Origin: Gemmatimonadota bacterium | Lineage (GTDB): Bacteria > Gemmatimonadota > Gemmatimonadetes > Gemmatimonadales > GWC2-71-9 | NCBI GenBank assembly: GCA_039586365.1 | Contig: JBDHKN010000103.1 | Span: 1 to 15,718, forward strand | Length of the DNA: 15,718 nucleotides | Reading direction: 5' to 3' | Shown: piece after piece, positions 1-8,538 of the stretch | How the letters are laid out: each line of letters starts with the position of its first letter | Numbering within the stretch: the first letter of the stretch is position 1 | The notes under the pieces: model-generated | Told to the model about the DNA's origin: nothing | The model's input: the letters and a program-made list of their open reading frames with translations, nothing else | The model's database searches: none | Translations under genes and position numbers: made by a program

Positions 1-674
1 ATGCCGCGCAATGCCGGCTCATACCCGTCTTGTTCCCAGGTACGCACACCCATTCTGCCCAGGCCGACATTGGGAACCTGGAGAATCTCCTCGATGTCGT
101 AGAACGCAGACATGATCGGATGATCCATGGGAATGTCGACAATGTCGTATTCCGGAAGCACCCGTTCGATCTGTGATTGGAAATTCGCCCACTGATAGGT
201 TCCCCAGAAGTCGTCGATTACCAGGAATCCACCTGCCAGAAGGTAGTTCCGCAACCCGAGCACCTCGGGTTCGGTCAACGCCATGAATCCTACCTCGAGC
301 GCGTAGAGAAAGGGGAAGCGACGGAGTTCAGGATCGTCCAGTCGTACAGGGTTCTCGAATTCGAAGGCATCGATGTTGGTAAGCCGGCGCAGCCCTATCA
401 AGAACTGAATGTCGGCTTTAGGGTAGTCCACTGCCCAACTCTGATACCGTCTTCCGTAGCCGGTGTACATAGCCCGCGTGAAGTAGAAAGCCCGCCCCTG
501 ATCCACAGTATCAACCGCCGGCCAGGCGGCTTCGGCACGAGGGCCTGATCCGGACGGACCCGAGTGAGGCGGAGGATCATCAGAGATATCGGACAGCGCC
601 AGAATTGGCCCAGTCGACCAGAGGCCGCAGAGACCGAGAATAGCTATAGCCGCAGGTGAAAGAGAGAACTTCAT
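1..674 (-). CDS. DUF4159-type secreted protein, 3'-partial (runs off the left edge)
   Basis: Manual translation from ATG at 674: MKFSLSPAAIAILGLCGLWSTGPILA (signal-peptide-like), a Pro/Gly linker, then FYFTRAMYTG..SWAVDYPKADIQFLIGLRRLTNI..VRLDDPELRRFPFLY..LRNYLLAGGFLVIDDFWG..DHPI..FYDI. These match DUF4159 motifs as I recall them. The frame is open to position 1, so it is absent from the ORF track. Confidence 0.85.
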   Translation of the reverse strand, partial: MKFSLSPAAIAILGLCGLWSTGPILALSDISDDPPPHSGPSGSGPRAEAAWPAVDTVDQGRAFYFTRAMYTGYGRRYQSWAVDYPKADIQFLIGLRRLTNIDAFEFENPVRLDDPELRRFPFLYALEVGFMALTEPEVLGLRNYLLAGGFLVIDDFWGTYQWANFQSQIERVLPEYDIVDIPMDHPIMSAFYDIEEILQVPNVGLGRMGVRTWEQDGYEPALRG

Positions 675-764
675 TCTTGGTCCGGTTAGCGTGGTGCAAT
701 CATCTTTATCAATACTTGATGTCACACCTGTTAGTTCCCGCCTGCACGAGTTCAGCTACTCTGG

Positions 765-1358
765 CTACCCTACTCTTACGGATTGCTCCAGGTAATCGTT
801 GGGACAAGTGTTCTGCACGATGTAGTCGATCAACTTCTTCGGTAGACCGCGCAGTCGGCTTTCAACGCTCGGGTCGAGACAGTTTCCTGCCGAGTCGAAT
901 ACTGAGCGCACATTCGCGACTGAAACGGGGCCAGGCAGAACAATACCACCGACGTGAGAGCACACGCTCCTCAAGTGTTCCAGCGCCTTGATCGCCCCGA
1001 TCACGCCCGCAGCTACACCCACTAAGGCTATGGGCTTGCCCGCCAACGCAGAAGGAAAGTCAAGGTTGTCGATGATCAACTTGGTTACACTGCTGAAACT
1101 GCCGTGATATTCTGGTGTTACGAATATGACCCCCGTCGCGCGGGACACGGTCTCCTGCATTGCCCTGACCTCGGGATGGTCGCCCCGCTCTCCCGGCAAC
1201 GGGAGTCGTAGTGACTTCGGATCCACCACGTCTACCGCCACGCCACGAGTCTTTTCCAACTCCCCCACAACCAGCGCGGCAGCTTTTGCGGTATTGTTTC
1301 CCGGCCGCACGCTGCCCTGGATTACCACTACACGTATTCGGGTGCCACTTTCCGACAT
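765..1358 (-). CDS. NAD(P)H-dependent FMN reductase (flavodoxin-like, SsuE/ChrR-type)
   Basis: GSVRPG phosphate-binding loop, TPEYHGS motif and LAGKPIALVG. RBS AGGAG lies upstream of the ATG. Confidence 0.9.
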   Translation of the reverse strand: MSESGTRIRVVVIQGSVRPGNNTAKAAALVVGELEKTRGVAVDVVDPKSLRLPLPGERGDHPEVRAMQETVSRATGVIFVTPEYHGSFSSVTKLIIDNLDFPSALAGKPIALVGVAAGVIGAIKALEHLRSVCSHVGGIVLPGPVSVANVRSVFDSAGNCLDPSVESRLRGLPKKLIDYIVQNTCPNDYLEQSVRVG

Positions 1359-1483
1359 AGGCTTCTCCTGCCGTAGTGTAAACTACCTGCGCAGTGAGAT
1401 TTGGAGTTGGCGTTGGGGAAAAGAGGACGTCCCCTACGCACTCTAGTCACGCCAACGTAGATCTCGGTCCCGACCTACACCAG

Positions 1484-2296
1484 CTAGGTGCGGTCTACAG
1501 GATTAGAGCTGTAGATCCAGCTGGACAACAGCGCAGGAAGATCGCGGATTGAGTCGATCACGAAGTCCGGGAGTGCTCGAGAGGCAGCCAGGTCCTCCTC
1601 GCGGAACTTGCCCGTGCGGACCAGCACCGCTCTGGCACCTGCTGCATGAGCGCCGGCAACATCCGTGGACAAGTCGTCTCCGACCATTACAACGTCGCTT
1701 GTGTCCAGGCCCATCGATCTTACTGCGGTCTCGAAAAACTCTGGACTCGGTTTGCCGATTGTCTGCGCACTTTGCCCTGTGGCGTACTCTAGTGCTGCGA
1801 CGAACGGCCCGGCATCGAGCGTTAGACCGTGCTCTGTCCGCCAATAGCGGTTGCGATGAATTGCCACGAGTTCGGCACCCGAAAGAAGCCAGCGGAATAC
1901 CTGATTCAGTCGCGTGAACGTCCACTCGTGGCCCAGGTCTCCCACCAGCACAACCTCAGGGTGTTCCTCATCTAGCAGTTGGCCTGGGAAATCGACCATT
2001 GCTTGTTCCGGAACACATACTGCTGCTCGCCGCACGCCCCGACCTTGCAGCCACAATGATGCCCCGACTGAGGCAGTGTAGACCTCATCGAGATCCGCCC
2101 CAATCCCGTAGCTGTGGAGCACCTCCATGACCCGGGCTCGCGAAAATCGTGAGGTGTTGGTGAGAAAGCGTAGCGGTAACCCTGCCGAGCGCAGTTGCCT
2201 CACGGCATCTCTCGCACCGACAATGGCCTCATTCGCGTCCTGGAGAGTCCCGTCGATGTCGAGGAGCACACCCTTCACGTCGAGGTTCGTTCCCAT
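1484..2296 (-). CDS. HAD-superfamily subfamily IIA hydrolase (LHPP/HDHD2-like, TIGR01458 type)
   Basis: Motif I DIDGTL, motif II LTNT, cap segment HRNRYW..LDAGPFVAALEYATG, GKP and GDDLSTD. RBS GAGGAG. Confidence 0.9.
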   Translation of the reverse strand: MGTNLDVKGVLLDIDGTLQDANEAIVGARDAVRQLRSAGLPLRFLTNTSRFSRARVMEVLHSYGIGADLDEVYTASVGASLWLQGRGVRRAAVCVPEQAMVDFPGQLLDEEHPEVVLVGDLGHEWTFTRLNQVFRWLLSGAELVAIHRNRYWRTEHGLTLDAGPFVAALEYATGQSAQTIGKPSPEFFETAVRSMGLDTSDVVMVGDDLSTDVAGAHAAGARAVLVRTGKFREEDLAASRALPDFVIDSIRDLPALLSSWIYSSNPVDRT

Positions 2297-2613
2297 CGTC
2301 TCAGCTCCTCAACCAGAGCACTAGGACCACCACACCGGGTTGCAGCATGACCTTGAAAAGGACCTACAAAAGCCACAACACGACATTGGCCTCGTAGTCT
2401 GGGCGGTGATACGAGAACCGGACGGCGGCCCGATGATCTGGCGGCCACGGCAAACATCCTCAGGGTAGTCCTCAGATCCAAGTTACGGCGACTCTTTCGG
2501 TTGTACCAAGCGAGCCCACCTTGCGGCGCGGAGTGGGGTCTCTCTTAGCGCGTCGTGAGCGGACTAGCACCTGGCCCGCCAACGCCTCACCGATTGCCAC
2601 CGCCAAGCTATAA

Positions 2614-3687
2614 TCACCGTATCGGCCGATCTGGCCGCAGGATGGGCGCTAGGAACCGCCAGATCTCGCGCCGCGACTCCTTGGCCATCCGCGTGTCCAT
2701 ACGGTTGAATCCGTGTCCACCCGGTTCGTCCTGATAGATCTTGTACTGAAATCCGGTCTTCCCTGCCGCCTGGAGTGCCTGAATCAGGCGTTCTACCTCG
2801 AGCACGTTCACGTCGGCGTCGTTCGTGTTGGTGTGAATCAGCAGCGGTGTACCATCGTATTTGTGTGCGTTCCACGATGGTGAGCGTCGGCGGTACTCCT
2901 CCACGTCCTCGTACGCGGTCTTGCCGATGTGGTAATCGGCAGAGTACAGGTCCCGGTATCTCTGGGTCTTGTAACCCATTCTTGCGATTAGATCACTGAC
3001 CGGCACGCCAGCGTATGCCGCTGCATACTCACCCGGATGCTCGAAGAGGTTCATCAGCGCATGGAGGCCTCCATGACTCCACCCTACGAGTCCGATACGG
3101 TTCTCGTCCAGGAAATCATAGTTCTCCAGCATGAAGTTGCGGGCGGCATAGGTGTCCTCGATCTCGAGCCCTCCGTAGTCGATGGCCCGGTAGAGCCCGG
3201 CACCGTAGCCGGTACTCCCGCGATACTCCGGGGCTACGACAGTGTATCCCTGCTGCAACATCTCGCGCAGCCGGTTCGTGGTGCCGGTAGTGAAGTTCGC
3301 ATGCACACCACCGTGGGGATATACGATCAGGGGTTGCTGCTTGCTGCGATCCAAGTCCTTCGGGATGAATACGTAGGCGCTGATGCGAAGGGGGTTTCCG
3401 GCTCCCTGCGCCGTCGGGTTGGGCTCGTGGCGGCGCGGTGGCCCCGTGAATTGTACGATATCGATGTCCGCGATGTCCCCCACACGATGGAAGAACATCA
3501 CATCGTCAATCCGTCGGTTAAGCACGTCGAGCTGATGACTCAAGCTCTCAATGTGGCTCTCGAGCAGCCGCTTGACCTCCGCGATCGACGTCTCTTCTTG
3601 AGCCTTCAGTGCTTGGATCGGAAGAAGTGAGGCCAACATAGCCGTGAAGACTATGCTTCGATGAACCATTCTCAAGCGGAACTGCAT
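2614..3687 (-). CDS. Secreted S9 (prolyl oligopeptidase family) serine peptidase, 357 aa
   Basis: YPHGG, YRGSTGYG, nucleophile elbow GWSHGG, catalytic Asp (NDADV) and His (GGHGF). Start moved to MQFRLR at 3687 behind AAGGAG. Hydrophobic signal peptide ending ALKA. Confidence 0.9.
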   Translation of the reverse strand: MQFRLRMVHRSIVFTAMLASLLPIQALKAQEETSIAEVKRLLESHIESLSHQLDVLNRRIDDVMFFHRVGDIADIDIVQFTGPPRRHEPNPTAQGAGNPLRISAYVFIPKDLDRSKQQPLIVYPHGGVHANFTTGTTNRLREMLQQGYTVVAPEYRGSTGYGAGLYRAIDYGGLEIEDTYAARNFMLENYDFLDENRIGLVGWSHGGLHALMNLFEHPGEYAAAYAGVPVSDLIARMGYKTQRYRDLYSADYHIGKTAYEDVEEYRRRSPSWNAHKYDGTPLLIHTNTNDADVNVLEVERLIQALQAAGKTGFQYKIYQDEPGGHGFNRMDTRMAKESRREIWRFLAPILRPDRPIR

Positions 3688-3796
3688 TGGGATCGCTCCT
3701 TTCAACCATGAAATCGATACGCTGGGGGCGAGCAACCTAGCGTGGGGATTGCCATTTGACACTGGAGGACACCCTTCTCCATCGACCCCTCCGGCG

Positions 3797-3825
3797 AACA
3801 TACGAGTTGGGCAACGGTGCGGCAA
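3797..3825 (-). promoter_or_regulatory. Putative sigma70-type promoter for the S9 peptidase
   Basis: TTGCCG-N17-TATGTT on the minus strand, about 110 nt upstream of the ATG. Confidence 0.5.
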
Positions 3826-3835
3826 CGTGTGCATA

Positions 3836-3880
3836 CTGGGTCACCTGTCCCCGCGATCTTGCGGGGGACCGGCGACTCGG
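3836..3880. repeat. GC-rich imperfect inverted repeat (hairpin) between divergent promoters
   Basis: GTCACCTGTCCCCGC-GATCTT-GCGGGGGACCGGCGAC, with a few mismatches or bulges. Confidence 0.5.
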
Positions 3881-4003
3881 GCATTGCTCAATGGTTGGGC
3901 CGTCCCAAATCGCAAGAAGCATGTTCCGGGACAATGCTTCAGGGTTGGTCGGTGCTAACTCAGGCCACAGTCGGGCTCCACTGGGTATGGGCACCGAGTA
4001 TAT

Positions 4004-4029
4004 TGAAACGTTCGACGATACAACCCGTA
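4004..4029 (+). promoter_or_regulatory. Putative ECF sigma factor promoter (SigW-like) for the USP gene
   Basis: TGAAAC-N16-CGTA exactly, ending 19 nt before the USP ATG. Confidence 0.6.
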
Positions 4030-4048
4030 TGCACACAGGGGACACCCA

Positions 4049-4939
4049 ATGCCGTGGAATCCCATAGTCGGCGCCGTTGACGAATCACCGGAGGGGGCCT
4101 GGGCGGCGACCGTAGCGTGGAACCTTGCACAGTTGGCGGACACCGACTGCTATCTGATCCACGCCACTCGCCAGGTACCCGATATACCCCTATGGGTCCA
4201 GCCAAGGATCAACCCGAGTGAGCTGGCCCACAATCTGAGCAACGCCACACGGGACCGGATGGAGGAGTACCTGACGGGGAAAGTACCCTTCGAGGCCTTG
4301 CAGCACCTGGATGTGCAGCTGGGAAAGCCCAAGCAGGTTCTCGCCAAGGCACTAGGGGAACTCGACGCTTCGCTGCTGGTCATGGGTGGTAAACATCACA
4401 CGGCACTGGGAAGATGGATCGGTGGCAGTACGGCTCTCCATACTGTCCAGACGGTCGACGTACCGACCCTCATCACCATCCCCTCGGAGAAGAGCATCGA
4501 ACGAATGCTGGTTGCTGTAGACCTCTCTTATGCAGCAGCGCACACGATAGAAACCGCGCTACGCTTCGCCGCTCTGATGAACGCGACATTGAAGGTGATC
4601 CATGTTGTCGAACCGATGCCCGACATACCCAGCTACCCCCTCGATATCGAGAGTGATTATCACTTCGACAGGGGTAAAGAACACTTTGAACGAGTCATCG
4701 GCCCAATCTTGAAGAGCGAAGGGATTGAGCGGGCTGTGACGTTCGGAGCCACTGAGCCGACGATCGCCGAGGAAGCCCACGACTGGGGGGCTGACGTTGT
4801 GGTGGTCGGATCCCATGGACGAGGTTGGGTAGAGCGTATCCTGATCGGCAGCACCACGCAGAAACTGATCCAGGACTTGCCCGCTTCCCTGCTGGTCGTG
4901 CCGGTTTCAGAGCCGGCTAAGGGTAACATAGAACCGTGA
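4049..4939 (+). CDS. Tandem-domain universal stress protein
   Basis: Two USP domains (IVGAVDES.. and MLVAVDLS..). The C-terminal domain has an intact G-2X-G-9X-GS motif (GSHGRGWVERILIGST); the N-terminal one is degenerate (GGKHH..IGGST). Confidence 0.92.
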   Translation: MPWNPIVGAVDESPEGAWAATVAWNLAQLADTDCYLIHATRQVPDIPLWVQPRINPSELAHNLSNATRDRMEEYLTGKVPFEALQHLDVQLGKPKQVLAKALGELDASLLVMGGKHHTALGRWIGGSTALHTVQTVDVPTLITIPSEKSIERMLVAVDLSYAAAHTIETALRFAALMNATLKVIHVVEPMPDIPSYPLDIESDYHFDRGKEHFERVIGPILKSEGIERAVTFGATEPTIAEEAHDWGADVVVVGSHGRGWVERILIGSTTQKLIQDLPASLLVVPVSEPAKGNIEP

Positions 4940-4971
4940 GGTGAATCCAGCCCACCGCGACTCGCGCGAGT

Positions 4972-5610
4972 TCAGGTGATACTGAGCAGGACTTGATCGT
5001 CCAGAGTGTGGCCGCCGTCGAAGGTGATCTTACGGTAGGCTATCTCGCGCTCCCTCAGTTGGACCTCTAGTTCTGCAGCCTTAGGCCGATTGATCCACCA
5101 GTCACGCTCACCCAACACGAGCGTTACTCGCTGCCGGAACTTGTCCCCCTTGATACTGTCGTCCAGATCCGAAGGTAGCGGTCCACCCCAGAAAACCACA
5201 CGGTCGATCTCGACGTGGCCACCAGTAATCCACCTCGAAATCACCGCGGCTCCCTGCGAGAAACCCAGCGCGTAGGTCTGGATTGACGCGAGATCCAGCT
5301 TTGCCATAACGTGATCGTGAAGTCTGTCCAAGAAGCGCACGTAATCATTGATCTCTGCATGCCGATCTTCGCGAGTCATCCAACTCGCACCGATCTCTCC
5401 AGCGGCATGATCAACGTAGTACCGTGACAAGCCCTCCGGAGCTACGATGAGCCGACTACCGTCGTTCAGGATCTCAAAGCGCTCGAGGAATGGTGAAGCC
5501 AGCTGCCCATATCCGTGACAAACAAACCAGATCTGGCGCAGATCCTTGTGGATATTTCCCAGTGTGAAATATCGAGCAGTCTTGGGAACGGTAATGTGGT
5601 GTTCCTGCAT
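4972..5610 (-). CDS. Alpha/beta hydrolase, phospholipase/carboxylesterase family, about 212 aa
   Basis: HGYGQ, APEGLSRYY, GASWMTREDR, GFSQG nucleophile, GERD and FDGGH. Start set at MQEHH (5610; alternative 5625) because the longer ORF overlaps mmuM. Confidence 0.85.
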   Translation of the reverse strand: MQEHHITVPKTARYFTLGNIHKDLRQIWFVCHGYGQLASPFLERFEILNDGSRLIVAPEGLSRYYVDHAAGEIGASWMTREDRHAEINDYVRFLDRLHDHVMAKLDLASIQTYALGFSQGAAVISRWITGGHVEIDRVVFWGGPLPSDLDDSIKGDKFRQRVTLVLGERDWWINRPKAAELEVQLREREIAYRKITFDGGHTLDDQVLLSIT

Positions 5611-5648
5611 GGTACTCTTGCGCATAGGTGAAGAAGGGCTCAGAAGCG

Positions 5649-6614
5649 TCACGCTTGTGGGGTCTGGTAGCTCAGAGTAGCTCTGATGCGCCTTATGTGC
5701 TCCGGTCCGGTCCGACAACAGCCACCGATGCATCGGGCCCCGAGTTGGTGCCATTCATGGGAGACCGCAGCGAAATCGACCGGGGTGGCGATTCGTTGCC
5801 AGCTACGCAGCCTAGCATCCCATTGCTCGCCAGAGTTGGGGTAAGCCAAGATCGGTTTCTTGGTGACGGAGGCGACTTGCTTGATGGCCCCGGCCACCAT
5901 CCCGGGCGCGATGCAATTGACGCCGACCGCTACGAGCTGATCTACCGCTGCGACCTCCATCACGGTCTGGGCCAAAGAGCAACCGTCACTCAATTGCCTC
6001 GCTTCACTCAAGCTGAAGCTAATCCAGGCCGGCATCGCGGGAGTCTCCGCCATCAGGCTCGCTAGGACCAACGCTTCAAGACGTGATGGTATGGTCTCAC
6101 ACGCCATAATATCGGCGCCACAAGAGGCTAGCAGGTGCCACCGATCCCGGTGAAACTCATAGAGCTTCTCCCGATCGACATCATAGTCACCTGTATACTC
6201 AGAGCCGTCAGCCAAGTAGGCGCCATATGGACCCACACTTGCACCTACAATCGGGCGAATCCGCCCCGCTCGATTGGCAGGTACGCTCCAGAAGGAATCC
6301 CGTGCCTCCAGGGCAAGCCGCACTGACAGGCGCAGCAGTTCTGTAGCCTGTTTTTCGCTCTGTGCCTTGCGCATGAGGCCGGTGACTGTCGCTTGATAGC
6401 TGGCGCTTACGACACAGTCGGCCCCAGCCACCAGATAATCGAGGTGCAGCTGACGAATCAGATCGGGTTCTTCCATCAGCAGTATAGCCGACCAGAGCTC
6501 GTCATCGAGGTACCTGCCTCGCGCTTCCAGTTCTGTTGCCAGGCCTCCGTCCAACACCAAGAACCCCTGGGAGTCCAAGAAGGGCTGTATCGGGTTAGGC
6601 GGCCTATCTGTCAT
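5649..6614 (-). CDS. mmuM: Homocysteine S-methyltransferase
   Basis: LDGGLATELE, LWSA, SVGPYGAYLADGSEYTGDY, ETIP, Zn ligands GVNC and IGGCCRT, and YPNSGE. Confidence 0.93.
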   Translation of the reverse strand: MTDRPPNPIQPFLDSQGFLVLDGGLATELEARGRYLDDELWSAILLMEEPDLIRQLHLDYLVAGADCVVSASYQATVTGLMRKAQSEKQATELLRLSVRLALEARDSFWSVPANRAGRIRPIVGASVGPYGAYLADGSEYTGDYDVDREKLYEFHRDRWHLLASCGADIMACETIPSRLEALVLASLMAETPAMPAWISFSLSEARQLSDGCSLAQTVMEVAAVDQLVAVGVNCIAPGMVAGAIKQVASVTKKPILAYPNSGEQWDARLRSWQRIATPVDFAAVSHEWHQLGARCIGGCCRTGPEHIRRIRATLSYQTPQA

Positions 6615-6718
6615 GGCAGCAGGGTCCTACTGAGGTCAGGGGCCAAGCACAAAGCGCCGGAAACGGCTTCAACTGCCTCCAGCGTATTTCATCTAGGATG
6701 CGAAGGAGATTGGCGGGT

Positions 6719-6746
6719 ATTCTACCACAAAGACCAACCAGGGCAA
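6719..6746 (-). promoter_or_regulatory. Putative sigma70 promoter for the mmuM-esterase unit
   Basis: TTGCCC-N16-TAGAAT with an extended -10 (TGn) on the minus strand, about 105 nt upstream of the mmuM ATG. Confidence 0.55.
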
Positions 6747-6828
6747 GTCATACCTTCTGGGATGGGCAGCTACTGCTCGAGCTGCAAGGAGAATCGCGGC
6801 TGGCTGCCGTGCGGACCGTGGACTGTCG

Positions 6829-8451
6829 CTAGCCGTCTTCGTCTGACTTACTCAGCCGCCACAAATACCAAGCCACCGATACATACAGCGCGGCGAAAGC
6901 CCCTGTGTAAGCTGACGTCCGGAAGATCACCCTCTTCATGGCCGTCCAGGCATCGGGAACCAGATGCCTCACATCGAAGGGCAGGTCAAGTAGATGGTCC
7001 AGGTAGGCGGTCAGCAAGGGGAGCACCAGAAGCACCAGGCACACAGCCAGCCCCCGCGCTGTGCGTCGCCAGCTAGATCCCAGCGCTCCAACGGCGACGA
7101 GAGCAAGACCCACTGCACGAACACTGAGTAACCATGCCACCTTTCCACTGGCAAACGGATACGAGAGTGGCAGGAAGTCGAACCAAGCCACCAGACTAGT
7201 GAGCACTCCGAGAACAATCACTGTGGGCCAAGGTTTCAGGCGGCGCTGTCGCACACCGGCGGCATCGTCCTGCGGTTGTTGCTGGTCGCGCACACTCCAG
7301 ATTGGCTGCGGCTCAGACCATGGGTCCGGTTCTGACCAGGGCTGCGGCCTTGTGTGCACTTCCACCGCAGGTTCGAACAGGTCTCGACCGGTCTGGGGTT
7401 GTGGTGGACTCAAGAGTCTCGGGCCGGTTTGTTTGACGTCCGCGAAAGTGGACGGGCTGCTGGGAGCGGTCTCGGCAAGTTCAGTCCCGGAACCAGCCCC
7501 TTCCGGCTGCTGCGTGACGCTCTCATCACATCTCACGACACATTGATATCCTTGCACTGACCCGTCCCCAGCGTGCCGCAATGTTGCAGTCAACCGACCC
7601 CGAATAGTGGTACCCTGGCTCGTGAGAAAGCCAGCCTCGAAGTCACGGACAAAGCCCGCTTCTTCGACCCGCTGTTGAAATGCACGAATATCCTGAGGAT
7701 CTGCATAGAGCTTGCTCGCGTGGAGACCGACGAAATCGGCGCGGCCGTATCCGAACACCTCAGTTGCCGCGTCGTTCACGTCCACCACACTCCCGTCTCG
7801 GGCAGTTAGGTATATGGCGTCAGTGGAGAGATCGAACAGGCCACGGTACTTCTCTTCGGCCTCTCTGAGTGCGTGTTCGGCCCGACGACGCAGTTTACTC
7901 TCACGAACAACCACGAGCGAGTAGTCACGCTCTCCGAACCGATGCTGCGAGATGGCCACTTCCACCGGGAACGACGTTCCATTGCGTCGGCGGTGAACGC
8001 CACCTCCGAATACCCAGGGCCGCTCCGATTCTCTCGTCTCGGAAAGGTGCTCGGCTACCAAGGGGGGAGGCTCGAGTGGAAACTCCACCTCCAAGTCATC
8101 AACAGCTACTGCCAGCACCCGGTCACGCGGCAACCTGAGCCAGTTGAATCCGGTTTCGTTGGCGTCGACTATGCGACGTGTCGCAGCATCAATAATGAAG
8201 ATCGCTTCGCCGGCGCGATCGAGGATAGTCCGGAACCGGTTGAGTGGGTCGAGTGCCGCTCTTAGCTTGGCGACCTCCGCTGAGAGGAGCGAGATGTCTC
8301 GCGCGACGGCTCCACCTTCTGGCTGCCGCCCACCCGCAGCAGCTGCATCCCGCGCCCCAGGGCCACTGACAGTGGGACGGGACAGCACCTCACCCTCCTG
8401 GGGCGGTTGCCTGACTTGGCTCTCGTTGTCCATCGAGTCCCTTGGCTTCAC
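6829..8451 (-). CDS. PAS-PAS domain protein with a Pro/Gln-rich linker and about 4 C-terminal TM helices; no recognisable output domain
   Basis: Coiled coil, PAS1 (RFRTILDRAGEAIFIID..RRRNGTSFPVEV), PAS2 (EEKYRGLFDLSTDAIYL..DVNDAA..FGY), low-complexity linker, then four hydrophobic segments. Start is GTG 8451 (AAGGAG upstream) or ATG 8433. The ORF-track extension to 8727 looks non-coding. Confidence 0.85.
   Translation of the reverse strand: MKPRDSMDNESQVRQPPQEGEVLSRPTVSGPGARDAAAAGGRQPEGGAVARDISLLSAEVAKLRAALDPLNRFRTILDRAGEAIFIIDAATRRIVDANETGFNWLRLPRDRVLAVAVDDLEVEFPLEPPPLVAEHLSETRESERPWVFGGGVHRRRNGTSFPVEVAISQHRFGERDYSLVVVRESKLRRRAEHALREAEEKYRGLFDLSTDAIYLTARDGSVVDVNDAATEVFGYGRADFVGLHASKLYADPQDIRAFQQRVEEAGFVRDFEAGFLTSQGTTIRGRLTATLRHAGDGSVQGYQCVVRCDESVTQQPEGAGSGTELAETAPSSPSTFADVKQTGPRLLSPPQPQTGRDLFEPAVEVHTRPQPWSEPDPWSEPQPIWSVRDQQQPQDDAAGVRQRRLKPWPTVIVLGVLTSLVAWFDFLPLSYPFASGKVAWLLSVRAVGLALVAVGALGSSWRRTARGLAVCLVLLVLPLLTAYLDHLLDLPFDVRHLVPDAWTAMKRVIFRTSAYTGAFAALYVSVAWYLWRLSKSDEDG
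7304..7348 (-). repeat. Degenerate 18-bp tandem repeat (2.5 copies) encoding PQPWSEPDPWSEPQP
   Basis: GGCTGCGGCTCAGACCAT / GGGTCCGGTTCTGACCAG / GGCTGCGGC on the + strand. Confidence 0.7.
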
Positions 8452-8488
8452 ACGACTCCTTCCCCTGCCCGGATGGGTCGACCCCAAG

Positions 8489-8538
8489 CTCTCCACAGGA
8501 GTCGGGGCCGCAGGTTGTGCACACAACCATGTGGATAA
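8489..8538. promoter_or_regulatory. Cluster of DnaA-box matches
   Basis: TGTGGATAA at 8530-8538 (exact reverse complement of TTATCCACA), TTGTGCACA at 8515-8523 and CTCTCCACA at 8489-8497. A further TGTGGACAA is at 8867-8875. Confidence 0.45.

Noticed and set aside
1484..2296. HAD-IIA acting as the phosphohistidine phosphatase for the kinase in this window
   Set aside because: Family resemblance to LHPP is the only link. The genes are 7 kb apart with no shared operon.
2512..2545. Intrinsic terminators after the S9 peptidase (about 2512-2545), HAD (1457-1478) and PAS-TM gene (6766-6785)
   Set aside because: The hairpins are short or imperfect and have no U-tract, so they are too weak to call.
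3688..3834. N-terminal extensions in the ORF track (S9 to 3834, esterase to 5754, PAS-TM to 8727, kinase from 9251, mscS from 13978)
   Set aside because: Better RBS-supported or family-consistent starts lie downstream, and several extensions overlap promoters or neighbouring genes.
6615..6720. SAM riboswitch upstream of mmuM
   Set aside because: No SAM-I core (AUCnAGAG..GCAACC..GUGCnAA) or other SAM-class signature is visible.
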